In this document: piece by piece, positions 21,238 to 31,439 of the stretch
Layout: every line of letters starts with the position of its first letter
Numbering within the stretch: position 1 is the stretch's first letter
Origin: a virus
Taxonomy: Duplodnaviria > Caudoviricetes
Virus record (IMG/VR): IMGVR_UViG_3300032030_000005
Location: 241,866 to 305,865 of that record
Length of the DNA: 64,000 bases
Direction: 5' to 3' (one strand)
Notes under the pieces: generated by a model
The model's database searches: none
Seen by the model: the letters and a program-made list of their open reading frames with translations, nothing else
Told to the model about the DNA's origin: nothing
Made by a program: the position numbers and the translations under genes

Positions 21238-21663
21238 TTATGATAAAGTCTGTTTAGTCTTATAACGACCTTCAATCTGGAACCAATACATAATACTATC
21301 GAGTTCTGATTGAATATATGATGGATAATTATTCTTACCACACTTATCGATAACGGAAATAATAAGATTAAATATCTTGTATATAGAACTAAAGATTTCT
21401 TCAGAGTCATATTCCTTAACAGGAAGTTCCATATCTACTTTAGATTTAGAAGCTATATTTTCTAATTCTTTAGCAGAAGGAATCTTTTCATTTGCTAAAA
21501 TCATCATCTCTGCAACTTGATCTATATATTCACCAAATTTATCGATATATCCATCCAGAACTTCAACATGTGTTGTATGAAAATCTAATCCAGTAGACTT
21601 CCAGTGAAGGATTCTTAGATTATATTGCTGTTTTTGAAGTGCAGCTAATAAAACAAATAACAT
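21238..21663 (-). CDS. Dps/ferritin-like protein
   Basis: HW..G.DF...H and D..AE ferroxidase pattern; ATG 21663 after GAAGG; late promoter 21688-21699 (-). Confidence 0.75.
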   Translation of the reverse strand: MLFVLLAALQKQQYNLRILHWKSTGLDFHTTHVEVLDGYIDKFGEYIDQVAEMMILANEKIPSAKELENIASKSKVDMELPVKEYDSEEIFSSIYKIFNLIISVIDKCGKNNYPSYIQSELDSIMYWFQIEGRYKTKQTLS

Positions 21664-21748
21664 TTGGATACCTTCTTTCATATATAATAATACAGTGTTA
21701 TAAAAAAACATTGACTTATATTGTTATATAGAAAGGAATGATACTTTT

Positions 21749-24700
21749 ATGGGTAAGATATATGTTAAAGGAAAAGCATATGGTGAAACCAACGAAGTTA
21801 TAGAAGAATATATTGAATCTCTTGAACAACAAATAGAAGCCTTAGAAAAGAAAATTAGAGAAAATAATATTGAAGATATAACAACTGTATACTTTGACAG
21901 CGAAGATTTATTAAAGCTCAATTCTAAAGCAGATGGCGAAGCTTTCTGTAAAGTAGAAATTAAAGAAGGCGGTAAATCAACAAAATGTTTTGCTACATGT
22001 AAAGTTCAAGGTAATACTTCAGCCGGATTTCCTAAGAAAAATTATACAGTCAAATTCTATGAAGATGATACACTTAGTAAGAAATTTAAGATTGATATGG
22101 GCTGGGGTAAACAATCTAAATATTGCTTTAAAGCAAATTGGATTGATGCTACACATGTAAGAAATGTTTTAGGTGCTAAAATAATGGGAGAAGCTGCTAA
22201 AACAAGACCAGATAGTGATTTTAAGGAATTAATTACATCTGCTCCTAATATGGGTCTTGTAGATGGTTTCCCAATTGTTGTAATGGTTAATGGCCAATTT
22301 CATGGTTTATATACATGGAATATTCCAAAGGATGCTTGGCTTTATAACTTAAATGAAAAGAATACTAATCATGTTTTATATTGTTCAGATTTCCATACAG
22401 ATGTAACAGCATTTAAATCAATATGGAATACAACAACTGACCCTGAATTAGATGACTGGGAATTAGAAGTTGGTACTGAATCTCAAACATTATATGATAA
22501 TTATAATAGAATGGCTAGATTTATAATTCAGGCAACAGATTCAGAATTTAGAGAAAATATTAATGATTATATTGATCTTTATAGTGTAATTGATTATTAT
22601 TGTTTCTGTGCTTTATCTTTCCATCCAGACGGTATTACTAAGAATATGATTCTTGTATCATACGATGGCGGTATACATTGGGGTCTTGGATTATATGATA
22701 TGGATGCTACATTCTGTTTACATTGGAATGGTCAATCATTCTATGATATAGATTCTTATGGTGTAGAATGGGATGAAACAAATAATAGACTTCTTGATAG
22801 AGTTAGAAATTGCTTCTCTGAAGAGTTATATGCTAGATATCTTGAACTTAGAGATACTTACTTAAGCTTAAGTTATATTAGTGAAGTTGCTGAGAAGATT
22901 AGTAATAAATTTACTGATAAATTAAAGAATCTTGAATTTACTAAATGGCCAGGTATTCCACAACAATCCACTAATACAGTTGATAAATTTAAGGAAATTG
23001 TTTATCAGAGAGGTAAGATTGTAGATCAGAGAATGGCTAGAATTGAATGGGGAGAAATTAAAAATCCTGATGAACCATATAGTTTAAGTGATAATCCAAT
23101 TCAATCTGGAGACGGATGGATAAAAGTTGATGAGGCTATTGCTTTAGATGGTGGTCCTTGTAATTTTGATGATGAATTTGCTTTTTATGGTGATGTATAT
23201 GTAGACTGGGCTAAAACATATACAGATGATTCAAACTGGAAATATACTAGAATAGCTGCAGCTACAAAAGATACATATAGATATCATGGAGATTTTTGGT
23301 ATTTTAGTTCAAATAGCCTAACAGCTAAAGGTGATGATTATAATGGCTATTTATTATATATGTCTAATTATATATTAGATGAAAAAAAGGATACAACTGA
23401 TCCGATAAATACAAAATTTGTTATTTGTAAACGAAGAATATATGAAGATATAGAAGATCATTCAAATGATGAATTTGCAATTCAAATCTTTTTAGATGAT
23501 GGTAATAGTTTAACACTTCCATGTGATAACCATCAAGATGAGCTTATCAGAGTTCCATCTATGCCATACGATAGTTCTGATCCTTCTGCTCCTTATTCAC
23601 ATACAAATGAATTTTTCTATAAAGCTGGATTCTGTCCTACTGTAGAAAATATTAGTAAATTATTGTATAGAGCAGATGCTAAGAAATCATTAGACCATAT
23701 AACAATTAATGGCCTTAATATATCAAAATATAGTAATTTAGCAGATAATGAATATCGATTAGGTAATCATGAAGATTTTAAAGAAAAGGATGGTTATAGG
23801 TATGTAGTACCTATCACAGCGCATCCATTTGAAGCTCAACCATCAGTAATTAATATAGAAAGATTACCATTACCATATTATGCTAGTGCTGCAGAAAAAG
23901 CAAATCCAGGTGCTACAGATGCAAATCATAATTCTATAACATCATATAGTTTAGGTTATAATATTAATAGATATTATTTAACACTTAATTCTCCAGCTTC
24001 AACTAAACCATGGGGCAGAGATAGATATAAGATTTCTATTCCAGAACATAAATATACTAAAAATATTAATTTTTTCTTTACTAATACTGAATATACAAAT
24101 AATACTCCTGTTTATTTAGGAGACTTAGCAAATGCTATTGATACTAATGTTCATTTATTTGATGAGGATAGAGATTTCTTTATCACTTTAACATATAACG
24201 CTAGAACATGGGAACATGGATCTGTATTATATCCATCAGTATTACAATGTTTTGATAATCCAACACAAGAAAGAAGAGCTTTAAAAAGCCATATCAAAAT
24301 ATATGAAGTAGCTCCGACGACAGGTATAGATCAAACATTATCAGGAGATATATTTAATGAATCATTACTATCACATATTAATAATGGCAATGAAATTAGA
24401 ATCGTTTTAGTAAAAAGAGGTCATACATTATGTGCTTTTGCTAGAAATGCTACATTAGGCAGAATTGGTGGTTCATCTGGTAACTTTTTACCGGATAACT
24501 TTATTTATAATGCAAATGCTACATTATTAGTTGGTTATGGTGATAATAATCCTAATATGGATTTTAAAGAAATACGTGTTGGTTATGGTTCACTTACTAA
24601 TGTAGACATCTTATCATATTTAGATTATCAACCAGAGACAGATCTTTATACAAATGGAGATTCATTACCATTCTTTGATGCTTTTGCAAAATTAGATACA

Positions 24701-25327
24701 AGTATGTACTTAGATGAAAAATATAGTGATGCTAATCTTGCTACATCAAACATTAATACTAATTTAACAATAATGCCATCCAGTCTTTCAGATACTAGAA
24801 ATTTTGCTATTTTCTCTGAATTTACTATGAATCATGACAGTTATACACAATCAGCAGACTGGTATCCAGGAATTTTCTCATGCTATAATGCTAGAATAAA
24901 TAACGATACTAGCGATTTAATATTCTTTGGTGTTTGTGATGCAGCAACAGGTAATATAAAAACTTTTGTACTTAATCACAATAATCATTTAAAAGATGAA
25001 AATGATAATTTATTAACAAGTACTCCATCAACATTACTTAAATGTATAATATTTAAACGTGGTTGGAGATTAATTGCTATTATACGTAAAGATAATACAT
25101 TATATTACACATATCAAGATTTAGATTCAGAAAATTATGATCCTAATGATGGTGCTGTATCTCGTCCAACACTTCATGTCGGACATGGTACTGCAGTACA
25201 TGCTGAAAACTATTATCATAGAGTTAGCGTACAATATGGCGATTTAGAAGATAGTACAATTCAAACATATTTCGGTTCTGATATTAAAATACCAGATGCT
25301 TTACAAGCTATCTTAGATGGTGAATAA
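21749..25327 (+). CDS. CotH-family kinase domain fibre/surface protein
   Basis: QGNTS..FPKKNY, FHGLYTW, D...KN, YDMD CotH motifs; two C-terminal lectin-like repeats; shared N-terminal anchor MGKIYVKG. Confidence 0.8.
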   Translation: MGKIYVKGKAYGETNEVIEEYIESLEQQIEALEKKIRENNIEDITTVYFDSEDLLKLNSKADGEAFCKVEIKEGGKSTKCFATCKVQGNTSAGFPKKNYTVKFYEDDTLSKKFKIDMGWGKQSKYCFKANWIDATHVRNVLGAKIMGEAAKTRPDSDFKELITSAPNMGLVDGFPIVVMVNGQFHGLYTWNIPKDAWLYNLNEKNTNHVLYCSDFHTDVTAFKSIWNTTTDPELDDWELEVGTESQTLYDNYNRMARFIIQATDSEFRENINDYIDLYSVIDYYCFCALSFHPDGITKNMILVSYDGGIHWGLGLYDMDATFCLHWNGQSFYDIDSYGVEWDETNNRLLDRVRNCFSEELYARYLELRDTYLSLSYISEVAEKISNKFTDKLKNLEFTKWPGIPQQSTNTVDKFKEIVYQRGKIVDQRMARIEWGEIKNPDEPYSLSDNPIQSGDGWIKVDEAIALDGGPCNFDDEFAFYGDVYVDWAKTYTDDSNWKYTRIAAATKDTYRYHGDFWYFSSNSLTAKGDDYNGYLLYMSNYILDEKKDTTDPINTKFVICKRRIYEDIEDHSNDEFAIQIFLDDGNSLTLPCDNHQDELIRVPSMPYDSSDPSAPYSHTNEFFYKAGFCPTVENISKLLYRADAKKSLDHITINGLNISKYSNLADNEYRLGNHEDFKEKDGYRYVVPITAHPFEAQPSVINIERLPLPYYASAAEKANPGATDANHNSITSYSLGYNINRYYLTLNSPASTKPWGRDRYKISIPEHKYTKNINFFFTNTEYTNNTPVYLGDLANAIDTNVHLFDEDRDFFITLTYNARTWEHGSVLYPSVLQCFDNPTQERRALKSHIKIYEVAPTTGIDQTLSGDIFNESLLSHINNGNEIRIVLVKRGHTLCAFARNATLGRIGGSSGNFLPDNFIYNANATLLVGYGDNNPNMDFKEIRVGYGSLTNVDILSYLDYQPETDLYTNGDSLPFFDAFAKLDTSMYLDEKYSDANLATSNINTNLTIMPSSLSDTRNFAIFSEFTMNHDSYTQSADWYPGIFSCYNARINNDTSDLIFFGVCDAATGNIKTFVLNHNNHLKDENDNLLTSTPSTLLKCIIFKRGWRLIAIIRKDNTLYYTYQDLDSENYDPNDGAVSRPTLHVGHGTAVHAENYYHRVSVQYGDLEDSTIQTYFGSDIKIPDALQAILDGE

Positions 25328-25336
25328 TTTATTTAT

Positions 25337-25367
25337 ATTCCCTTAAGACATTTAGCCTTAAGGGAAT
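25337..25367 (+). terminator. terminator, CCCTTAAG palindrome family
   Basis: ATTCCCTTAAG/CTTAAGGGAAT. Confidence 0.75.
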
Positions 25368-25414
25368 TTTATTAATAGCAACATCTATTTATAAGTTAAT
25401 AATTTGTAAAGTAG

Positions 25415-26014
25415 GTGAAACTAGTGAGATATTCCAAAAGTAAATATTTTAATTTAATATATAATGAAGATGGAGAACCAACACAGCAAGGTATGGAAGC
25501 AGCCGGTGGTCCTGGAATGCAAGCAGATCCTAATCAAGTGATGATGGATCCAAACGCTATGCAAGCTCCTTCATTTTCTATGTTAGATATTGAAAAAGAT
25601 GAAGACAGTAAGACAGATAAGAAATTTCCAGAAGAAAAAGATGGTATTTCTCCAGAACAAGATTTAACTAACTTTGTTAACTATCAAAGATTATTATATT
25701 ATGATAAGTTCCAAGCAATATTAAAATTAATAGAACAAACAAAAGTCACTTTTAATAATAATAAATATTATATAAATGCTGATAACGTTCCTGACGGGAA
25801 ACAACATAAGATTATTAACTTACTTATATCTTCTTTAGAAGAAATTGAAGAACAGATAAATTTTTTTTTACAAAAAGGTATTGCTACAGTTAATATTGAT
25901 AAGACAAGAGCTATATATAATGCTATTTATAAAAAATTAGATATATGCGTTACTGCTTTTGAAGATACTGTTAAAAATGCATTTGTTGAAGATAAAAGTA
26001 AAAAGAAAAAGTAA
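25415..26014 (+). CDS. late protein, candidate head protein
   Basis: Late promoter 25380-25391; IYNE motif then a Q/M/P-rich linker. Confidence 0.55.
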   Translation: MKLVRYSKSKYFNLIYNEDGEPTQQGMEAAGGPGMQADPNQVMMDPNAMQAPSFSMLDIEKDEDSKTDKKFPEEKDGISPEQDLTNFVNYQRLLYYDKFQAILKLIEQTKVTFNNNKYYINADNVPDGKQHKIINLLISSLEEIEEQINFFLQKGIATVNIDKTRAIYNAIYKKLDICVTAFEDTVKNAFVEDKSKKKK

Positions 26015-26037
26015 TTTTAGAAAGAAGGTAACTATTT

Positions 26038-26805
26038 ATGAAACTTGTAAAGCTTTTAAGTAAGCCTTTAACTTCAGTAGCTGGTATCGTAGGTGTACCT
26101 AATGCTGAAGATGTTGTAGTTCCATCAAAGAAATCACTTTTAGTTTCAGATGATCGTTTTACATTATTACAGCATAATCATGTAAAGACATATCTTATTA
26201 AAGATTTCTCAGAAGTAGCAGTTGTTAACCTCGGAGACTTTGATAAGAAGAAGACATATGTTATTGCTGATATTGTTAAGCCTTCAGAATTCTCAGGATT
26301 TGATCCTTCAGAATATGAAATTGGTGATCATATTTTTGTATATGCTGACGGTCCAGTACATCCGGGTGAACCACCTAAGATGAAGAAGCCTAAGCCGGGT
26401 TATGCTTTTACTCCACAAGAATATATTGACGCTCTTAACGAGTATAATACAGCTATGAAGGCTTATACTGAAGAACTTGAAGCTTATGAAGCTGCTGTTA
26501 AGGCATTCATTACTACAGGTGAAGCATCATATCAGGAATATGGTTGGCTCATCAGAATTGTAAGCGATACTCAGTATTATGTAATCGCAGACTTCTCATT
26601 TGAGACAACTAAGGATACTGCACAGTTTGGTGTTATGGGTAAACTTCCGAAGGAAGTTGCAACTAAGGTTACACAGGCTCTCGGTGGTTTTGCAGCTGAC
26701 GATTCTATTAAGGGTCTTACTGTTGCTGAAATCATTGAAAAAGCTCTTGGTCTTGAAGTAGAAGAAGAGTTAGTCGGTGAATTCCTTCCAAAAGACGAAC
26801 CATAA
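26038..26805 (+). CDS. virion protein, paralog of the N-terminal domain of the next gene
   Basis: MKLVKLL...LLVSD.RF...SF.TTKD..QFG..GK.P...GLE aligns with the 26885 protein. Confidence 0.7.
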   Translation: MKLVKLLSKPLTSVAGIVGVPNAEDVVVPSKKSLLVSDDRFTLLQHNHVKTYLIKDFSEVAVVNLGDFDKKKTYVIADIVKPSEFSGFDPSEYEIGDHIFVYADGPVHPGEPPKMKKPKPGYAFTPQEYIDALNEYNTAMKAYTEELEAYEAAVKAFITTGEASYQEYGWLIRIVSDTQYYVIADFSFETTKDTAQFGVMGKLPKEVATKVTQALGGFAADDSIKGLTVAEIIEKALGLEVEEELVGEFLPKDEP

Positions 26806-26884
26806 TGATTAATTGATTCCCGATAATGATTATTCATTATCGGGAATTATTAAAATAAAAAATTTAAGAAAGGAATGTTTATTT

Positions 26885-29800
26885 ATGAAATTAATTAAAC
26901 TTTTATATAAGTTTGATACTCCTTTAAAGGAAGATGTCAAGGCATTTTTCCCAAGAGATCTTGAAGAAACTCTTAAAGCTAACTATATATTAGTTTCTGA
27001 TGCTAAATTCAGACTCTTAGAATTCGCTAAGGTTGGTATGTATGTTTATCATACATTCTCAGAAACTGAAGCTGATGATATGGAAGCACTCTTTGGTTTA
27101 AGAGAAGATTACATTATTATTAAGAATGTAGTTGATCCTGCAGAATTTGATATTGATACTTTTGATCCATCAACATATAATCTTAATGACTATATCTTCT
27201 TCTATAAGGAAGCGCCAGTAGCTCCTGAAAAGCCAGTAGCTCCTAAATTCCATTCAGGTACATTCAATTATGAACTTACAGAAACAGAAAAGAAGATTCT
27301 TTGGGATGCTTATTTAGCAAAGGAAGAAGAATATAAGGCTCTTTATGAAGCATATGAAGAAGAATATGCTACATTTAAGGAAGAAGAATTAGATCTTCCT
27401 ATCTATGGTTGTCTTGGAATTATTACTAGAAAAGAAAATGATATTCCGGGAACAATCTTAAAGTACTATGATGATAAGAAGCTTCTCATCCTCTTAGATG
27501 CTTCATTTAAGACAACAAAGGATGTAGAACAGTTTGGCATCTATGGTAAGATTCCGAATGGTAGACCAACATTAGTATCTGCTGATATTGGTGGTCTTAA
27601 GGCTGGTACATCATTAAGAACATGGAACTACAAGGAAATCCTTGAAACAGTATTTGGTCTTGAACCTGAAAAGGAAAAGGTTGGTACAATTCAGCCTGAA
27701 GCTGAGTCAGATAAGGTTTCTGCTACTGTTTCTTATGGTGAAGGTAAGACAGCTATCGGTTCTCTTACAGATACAGCTACTATTACAGCTACACTTAAGC
27801 TTTCAGAACAGTCAGAAGCTACTACAGTTAAGCTTATGAATGGTACTGAAGTTGTTGATACAACTGCTGTAGCAGATACTGTAACATTTAGTGTAACAGG
27901 TCTTTCATCTACTACAATATATAAGATTGTAGCAGTTCATACAGATTCAGAATCTGGTGAAGAAGTTATTGATGCTCAGACATCAGTATCAGTTGTTGTT
28001 AACTTTGTTGCTCCTACTGTAACAGGTCTCACTGCAACTCCTACATCTGTTGATAATACTTCTACACCTGTAACATTTGCTGTAACAGTTAAAGAAGGTT
28101 CTTCTGCAATTACATCTGTTAAGCTTTATAAGTCTGATAATACTGAAGTAATGGCTATGGCTCTTACTGATGAAGAAACATATGGCTGTGTAGTTAACTC
28201 TATTACTTCTACTTCAGGTTATTATGCAAAGGCTGTAGATGCTAATAACAAGGAAGTTAAGTCTAATACAGTTAATGTAACTCTTAATATAGTTGCTCCT
28301 ACTGTAACACTCTCTGCTGATAAGACTACTGTAACATCTAAGTCTGAAGCAATTGTATTTACTGCTATTGTAACTGCTTCTAAAGCTATTACATCCGTTA
28401 AGCTTTATAAAGAAGATGGTACTGAAGTAGGTACAATGACTCTTGATGGTGCTAACTATACTTATACTGTAAATGGTATTACTGAATCTACTGGATTCTT
28501 TGCAAAGGCTACTGATGAAGATTCTATTGAGGGTAATTCTGCAGTTAAGAATATTACATTAAATATTTCTGAACCTACTATTACTCTTACAACTGATAAG
28601 AACTCTGTAACATCTTCTACTGATTCTGTAGTATTTACTGCTACTGTAACTGCAGGTTCTGGTTCTATTACTAAGGTAGAACTTTATAAGAGTGATGATA
28701 CTAAGGTAGCTGATATGGTTCTCGATGGTTCTAATTATGTATACACTGTAACTGGTCTTTCTGAAAATACTACATTCTATGCAAAGGCTACTAACTCTGA
28801 AGATCTCTTCAAGAAGTCTGCAAACAAGGCTATTACTGTAAATATTACTGCTCCTACTGTAACTCTTGCTACAGCTCCAACATCTGTTGGTAATACTACA
28901 ACTCCAGTAACATTTACTGCTACTGTAACTAATACTTCTGGTACAATTACTTCTGTAGAGCTTTATAAGAGTGATGATACTAAGGTTGGAGATATGACTC
29001 TTGATGGTTCTACTTATACTTACACTCTTAATACTCTCACTGAGACTACTGCATTCTATGCAAAGGCTACTAATAGTGAGACAAGAAGTGGTGTATCCGC
29101 TAACAAGACCGTAACTCTTACTATGGCTGGTCCTAATGCAACTCTTACAGCAAATCCTGCATCTCTAACAACTGTTGGTAAAGTAACTCTTACAGCAAAT
29201 GTAACTGCAGGTTCATCTGCTATCACTCAAGTAGAACTCTTTGATAATAGTACTGCTACTGGAACAGCAATTGAAACTGAGACATCTGGATTTGATGATC
29301 TTTCATGGGAGATTCAGGGTGTTGATGAAACCTGTGCATATTCTATTAAGGTAACTGATGCTAATGGTTTAACTAAGACTGCATCTGCTAATATTACATT
29401 TACTGTACAGAATCCAGTAATTACTATGACTGCATCTCCTACAACTATTACAACTAAGAAGGATAATGTAACTCTTACAATTACTGCTACTAAGAAGTCC
29501 TTTGATCTTACTAAGATTGAACTCTTTGAGGGTGCAACTGCAACTGGAACAGCTCTTGAAACTTGGACAACTGATCTAACAACTGCTAAGACTAAGACAA
29601 TTGCAGATGTAAATACTAATAAGACTTATACTGTTAAGGTAACTGATTCTAAGGGTAATACTGGAACAGCTTCTGCTTCTGTAACTTATAACTATGTACA
29701 TCCTGCTATTACTGTAACTAGTGTAACACCTTCTTCTACAGATAGTCCTATAACACCTTCTTCTGTAGTTACTGTTGCAGTTGCATGTACAGCTCAGACA

Positions 29801-30424
29801 GGCGCAACTGGTTCTACTGTAAAACTTTATAGAAATAGTGTTGCTACCGCTAACCTTATTGAATCTAAAGAATATGCTGCAAGTACTTCATTTAGTGTAA
29901 GTGGCGGTCATACAAATGGTGATAAGTTCGTTGCTGTAGTTGAATACACTGCAGATGGTGATTCTTATACAGCTCAGAAGACTTCTGCTGCTATTACTGT
30001 AGAAATTCCACCAACACAGGTTTATTATGGTAACTGTCTCTGGACTCCAACGCTTAAAGCATTATTTGTAGCTAGTGACGGTAATAGAGATACATTACCA
30101 TCTGACTGGACCGATGCTGTTGCTAAAGAATTTATGACAACTACTGTTTCACAAGTTCATTTAGCTAAATTTGCTGCTGTTGCTGGTGAATATGATAGTA
30201 ATACAAATGCTGAACGTATGACTGAAATGGATAATGATACTCCAATGCAAGCAGCTTATATAGTTCCATCAACATTCACAGTTCATTTTACTCAGAATGG
30301 TGCTAATGTAGATAGCTCAATGGTAACTCAGAGTGTTACAGTTGATGGTGTAAATTATACTGTTTATATGTGGAACGGTGTTTCATGGGATAATGTTGAA
30401 CAGTGTAAGATATACTTATCATAA
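26885..30424 (+). CDS. Ig-like repeat virion surface protein (Hoc-like decoration or fibre)
   Basis: About 8 tandem ~95 aa Thr-rich beta repeats (PTVTL...FTATVT...ITSVELY...YAKAT); ATG 26885 after AAGGA. Confidence 0.75.
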   Translation: MKLIKLLYKFDTPLKEDVKAFFPRDLEETLKANYILVSDAKFRLLEFAKVGMYVYHTFSETEADDMEALFGLREDYIIIKNVVDPAEFDIDTFDPSTYNLNDYIFFYKEAPVAPEKPVAPKFHSGTFNYELTETEKKILWDAYLAKEEEYKALYEAYEEEYATFKEEELDLPIYGCLGIITRKENDIPGTILKYYDDKKLLILLDASFKTTKDVEQFGIYGKIPNGRPTLVSADIGGLKAGTSLRTWNYKEILETVFGLEPEKEKVGTIQPEAESDKVSATVSYGEGKTAIGSLTDTATITATLKLSEQSEATTVKLMNGTEVVDTTAVADTVTFSVTGLSSTTIYKIVAVHTDSESGEEVIDAQTSVSVVVNFVAPTVTGLTATPTSVDNTSTPVTFAVTVKEGSSAITSVKLYKSDNTEVMAMALTDEETYGCVVNSITSTSGYYAKAVDANNKEVKSNTVNVTLNIVAPTVTLSADKTTVTSKSEAIVFTAIVTASKAITSVKLYKEDGTEVGTMTLDGANYTYTVNGITESTGFFAKATDEDSIEGNSAVKNITLNISEPTITLTTDKNSVTSSTDSVVFTATVTAGSGSITKVELYKSDDTKVADMVLDGSNYVYTVTGLSENTTFYAKATNSEDLFKKSANKAITVNITAPTVTLATAPTSVGNTTTPVTFTATVTNTSGTITSVELYKSDDTKVGDMTLDGSTYTYTLNTLTETTAFYAKATNSETRSGVSANKTVTLTMAGPNATLTANPASLTTVGKVTLTANVTAGSSAITQVELFDNSTATGTAIETETSGFDDLSWEIQGVDETCAYSIKVTDANGLTKTASANITFTVQNPVITMTASPTTITTKKDNVTLTITATKKSFDLTKIELFEGATATGTALETWTTDLTTAKTKTIADVNTNKTYTVKVTDSKGNTGTASASVTYNYVHPAITVTSVTPSSTDSPITPSSVVTVAVACTAQTGATGSTVKLYRNSVATANLIESKEYAASTSFSVSGGHTNGDKFVAVVEYTADGDSYTAQKTSAAITVEIPPTQVYYGNCLWTPTLKALFVASDGNRDTLPSDWTDAVAKEFMTTTVSQVHLAKFAAVAGEYDSNTNAERMTEMDNDTPMQAAYIVPSTFTVHFTQNGANVDSSMVTQSVTVDGVNYTVYMWNGVSWDNVEQCKIYLS

Positions 30425-30448
30425 GCTGTTTAGAAAGGATTGGTATAT

Positions 30449-31345
30449 ATGGCTATTAAATGGAGTGACAATATGTCATATGAAGGAAAAGGAAATAACT
30501 TTGAAAGAGATTATTTTGAAGTCCTTCAAAATGTATTAGACCCTGATACTGGGGAGATTATTAAAAAAGGTTTAGTAAATGTTTCTGATAGAAAGATGCC
30601 AGAAATGTTTATTGCAATGTGTGGAGAAACACAAAAGATTTATCTTTATAATAAATCAAACGATGTTGATCCAGTTTTAGGAAAGTGGAGAGAAGTAGGT
30701 TCTGCAGAATTAGGCGGTATTCTTAACTTCAATACTATTGCTGTAATGGCTTTATTTACTCCTAAGTCAAAAGCAGCTTTAGCATATTGTGCTGAAGATG
30801 AAAAGACTTATTTATATCTTGTATCAAATGAATCAGATCCTACTACTGGTAAATGGAGAGTTTTCGTTACTGGTTCAGTAAATAAAGAAATGGTAAGATG
30901 TATTGCTGTTGATACAATTGACCCTTCAAGTCCACCAACTGGTTATGATAATGGAAATTACTTATATGATTGTACTAATGATAAAGTATATCTTTATAAT
31001 GTAACATGGATTGAAGATACTCCAGCAGCTGGTCATGATGAATATTCTTTTGAAGAAGTTACAGATGTTCCTTCAGGTACAACTCCAACAGAAGTAGAAG
31101 ACATTACTCAAATATCTGCAACAGAATCAACTGTTGGTGTATACTATCATGATACAACTACTGATAAGTATTATATTGGTATTAAAACATGGGTTGAAGA
31201 TACCCCAGCAACTGGTCATGATGAATATTCAGTAACAGATGTTACAGATAACGTAACAATGTTTGAATGTACTATTACCGAATCTTTATATGAAAGTTTA
31301 GATAATGCAGTACAAATGAGAGATGTTACATGGTACGTTGACTAA
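30449..31345 (+). CDS. virion/fibre-associated protein with internal repeats
   Basis: Two YLY..SN..DP..GKWR repeats and two W.EDTPA.GHDEYS repeats. Confidence 0.6.
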   Translation: MAIKWSDNMSYEGKGNNFERDYFEVLQNVLDPDTGEIIKKGLVNVSDRKMPEMFIAMCGETQKIYLYNKSNDVDPVLGKWREVGSAELGGILNFNTIAVMALFTPKSKAALAYCAEDEKTYLYLVSNESDPTTGKWRVFVTGSVNKEMVRCIAVDTIDPSSPPTGYDNGNYLYDCTNDKVYLYNVTWIEDTPAAGHDEYSFEEVTDVPSGTTPTEVEDITQISATESTVGVYYHDTTTDKYYIGIKTWVEDTPATGHDEYSVTDVTDNVTMFECTITESLYESLDNAVQMRDVTWYVD

Positions 31346-31353
31346 TTAAATAT

Positions 31354-31383
31354 ATCCCTTAAGGCTATATAGCCTTAAGGGAT
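31354..31383 (+). terminator. terminator, perfect 30 bp palindrome
   Basis: ATCCCTTAAGGCTATATAGCCTTAAGGGAT. Confidence 0.8.
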
Positions 31384-31439
31384 TTTTATAAAAAACAGCA
31401 TATTATTATGTAATATATATAGAAAGGAAAATGATATTT

